Shown here one piece after another: positions 62,964-64,000 of a stretch of 64,000 nt of DNA. The stretch spans positions 640,001 through 704,000 of the forward strand of contig CBDEFM010000002.1 of assembly GCA_965237415.1 (NCBI GenBank), in the 5' to 3' direction. Under the pieces are notes generated by a model, which was not told the origin of the DNA, did no database searches, and saw only the letters and a program-made list of their open reading frames with translations. This DNA is from Alphaproteobacteria bacterium (GTDB lineage: Bacteria > Pseudomonadota > Alphaproteobacteria > UBA828). Numbering within the stretch: the first letter of the stretch is position 1; every line of letters begins with the position of its first letter. The translations under genes and the position numbers were made by a program.

Positions 62964-63833
62964 GTGGATACCGCCGCGCTCCTGATCATCGAAGTGCTGA
63001 ACGGTATCGCCAGCCTGGCGCTCGCCTGCGCCGGGCTGGCGATCATCTTCGGCATGATGCGGGTGATCAATTTCGCCCACGGCGAGTTCATGATGCTGGG
63101 CGCCTACACCACGGTCGTCTGCACCAAGACGCTCGGCATCAACATCTGGATCTCGATGCTGCTCATCTCGCCGATCGTGGTGGGGATCATCGGCATCATC
63201 GTCGAGCGGGCCTTCATCCGCTTCTTCTACGGCCGGATGATCGACACCCTGATCGCGACCTGGGGCCTCAGCCTGCTGTTGATCGGCATCGTCACGGCGA
63301 TCTTCGGCAACATCATCGAAGGCGTCTCGGCGCCCATGGGCAGCTTCAAAGTGGGCATCTACAGCGTCGCCCAGTACCGCATGGTCCTGATCGGCATCGT
63401 GATCCTGCTGTTCATCCTCATCTTCCTGGTGCTGACCCGCACCAGGCTCGGCCTCATCGCGCGCGGCACCATGCAGAATCCGGCCCAAGCCTCGGTGCTC
63501 GGCATCAGCCCGCAGCGCGTCTACATGGTGACCTTCGCGGTCGGCGCAGGGTTGACGGGGCTCGCGGGCGGTCTGCTGGCGCCGATCTCCCAGGTCATCC
63601 CGACGGCGGGCGCGGCCTACGTCGCGCAGACCTTCATCACCGTCATCACCGGCGGCACGGGCGCCGTGACCGGCACGCTGGTCGCCTCGGGCGTGTTCGG
63701 CACCGTGCGCCAGCTCCTGAGCTACGAGTTCACGCCGGTCCTCGGCGGCGTGGGACTGCTCATCGTCGCCGTGGTGATGCTACGGCTCCTGCCCCAGGGC
63801 ATCACCGGCAAGATCTTCAGGCGCTCGCTGTGA
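62964..63833 (+). CDS. Branched-chain/urea ABC transporter permease (UrtB/LivH-like)
   Basis: GLAIIFGMM.VINFAHGEF.M.GAY, TR.GL..R...QN, GLAG.L.AP, LPQG. Confidence 0.9.
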   Translation: MDTAALLIIEVLNGIASLALACAGLAIIFGMMRVINFAHGEFMMLGAYTTVVCTKTLGINIWISMLLISPIVVGIIGIIVERAFIRFFYGRMIDTLIATWGLSLLLIGIVTAIFGNIIEGVSAPMGSFKVGIYSVAQYRMVLIGIVILLFILIFLVLTRTRLGLIARGTMQNPAQASVLGISPQRVYMVTFAVGAGLTGLAGGLLAPISQVIPTAGAAYVAQTFITVITGGTGAVTGTLVASGVFGTVRQLLSYEFTPVLGGVGLLIVAVVMLRLLPQGITGKIFRRSL

Positions 63834-64000
63834 CGGTCCTCGGCGTCAACCTGCGAAGCTGGGAGACATGCGGCACGATCCTGATCGTGCTGGTGCTGCT
63901 GGTGCTGCTGTTCGCCGGCCCGCAGATTTTCGACCTCTTCATGCTCTTCAAGGTGACTCTTTTTGTCGCCATGGCGATCCTGGCGCTCTCCATGGGCTTC
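63830..64000 (+). CDS. Probable second ABC permease (UrtC/LivM-like), truncated by window end
   Basis: GTG overlapping the previous stop; hydrophobic ...ILIVLVLLVLLFAGP...MAILALSMGF. Confidence 0.6.
   Translation, partial: MTVLGVNLRSWETCGTILIVLVLLVLLFAGPQIFDLFMLFKVTLFVAMAILALSMGF

Noticed and set aside
60192-63488. 1098-aa minus-strand ORF (likewise 23162-25192 and 25653-27701)
   Set aside because: Antisense to recognisable genes; no family motifs

Overview
GC-rich bacterial chromosome segment. It is very likely alphaproteobacterial, judged from the ntrY-ntrX-trkA-dat-HAD-hfq-hflX and mltB-rlpA-dacA-tmk-holB-metG-tatD-MBL-mazG gene blocks and a CIRCE-controlled groESL. A clear XerCD dif site at 29828-29855, with an apparent switch in KOPS polarity, suggests the window spans the replication terminus. 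The core blocks are interleaved with many accessory catabolic genes: LLM and PPOX oxidoreductases, hydantoinase B, an enolase-superfamily enzyme, TauD, an amidase with a small partner protein, MmgE/PrpD, an omega-transaminase and an acyl-CoA ligase. Most notable: (1) a minus-strand cluster encoding a re-shuffled glutamate-synthase/N-methylglutamate-synthase-like system (GATase II; GXGXG+FMN fusion; GltD fused to a degenerate second FMN barrel), followed by a LarA nickel-pincer enzyme, an aldehyde:ferredoxin oxidoreductase and MoaD, and divergent from a hydrolase, an atypical M20 enzyme and an amide ABC uptake operon; (2) a dispersed non-coding repeat (CACCATGGT palindrome plus a TGAAA-loop hairpin) associated with two orphan genes resembling small terminases; (3) a GlnE whose adenylyl-removase domain lacks its catalytic aspartates; (4) a VapBC-type toxin-antitoxin pair directly upstream of glnS; (5) a frameshifted bcp. 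No rRNA, tRNA or CRISPR array was seen. All calls come from reading the sequence and motifs by eye; no database searches were run.
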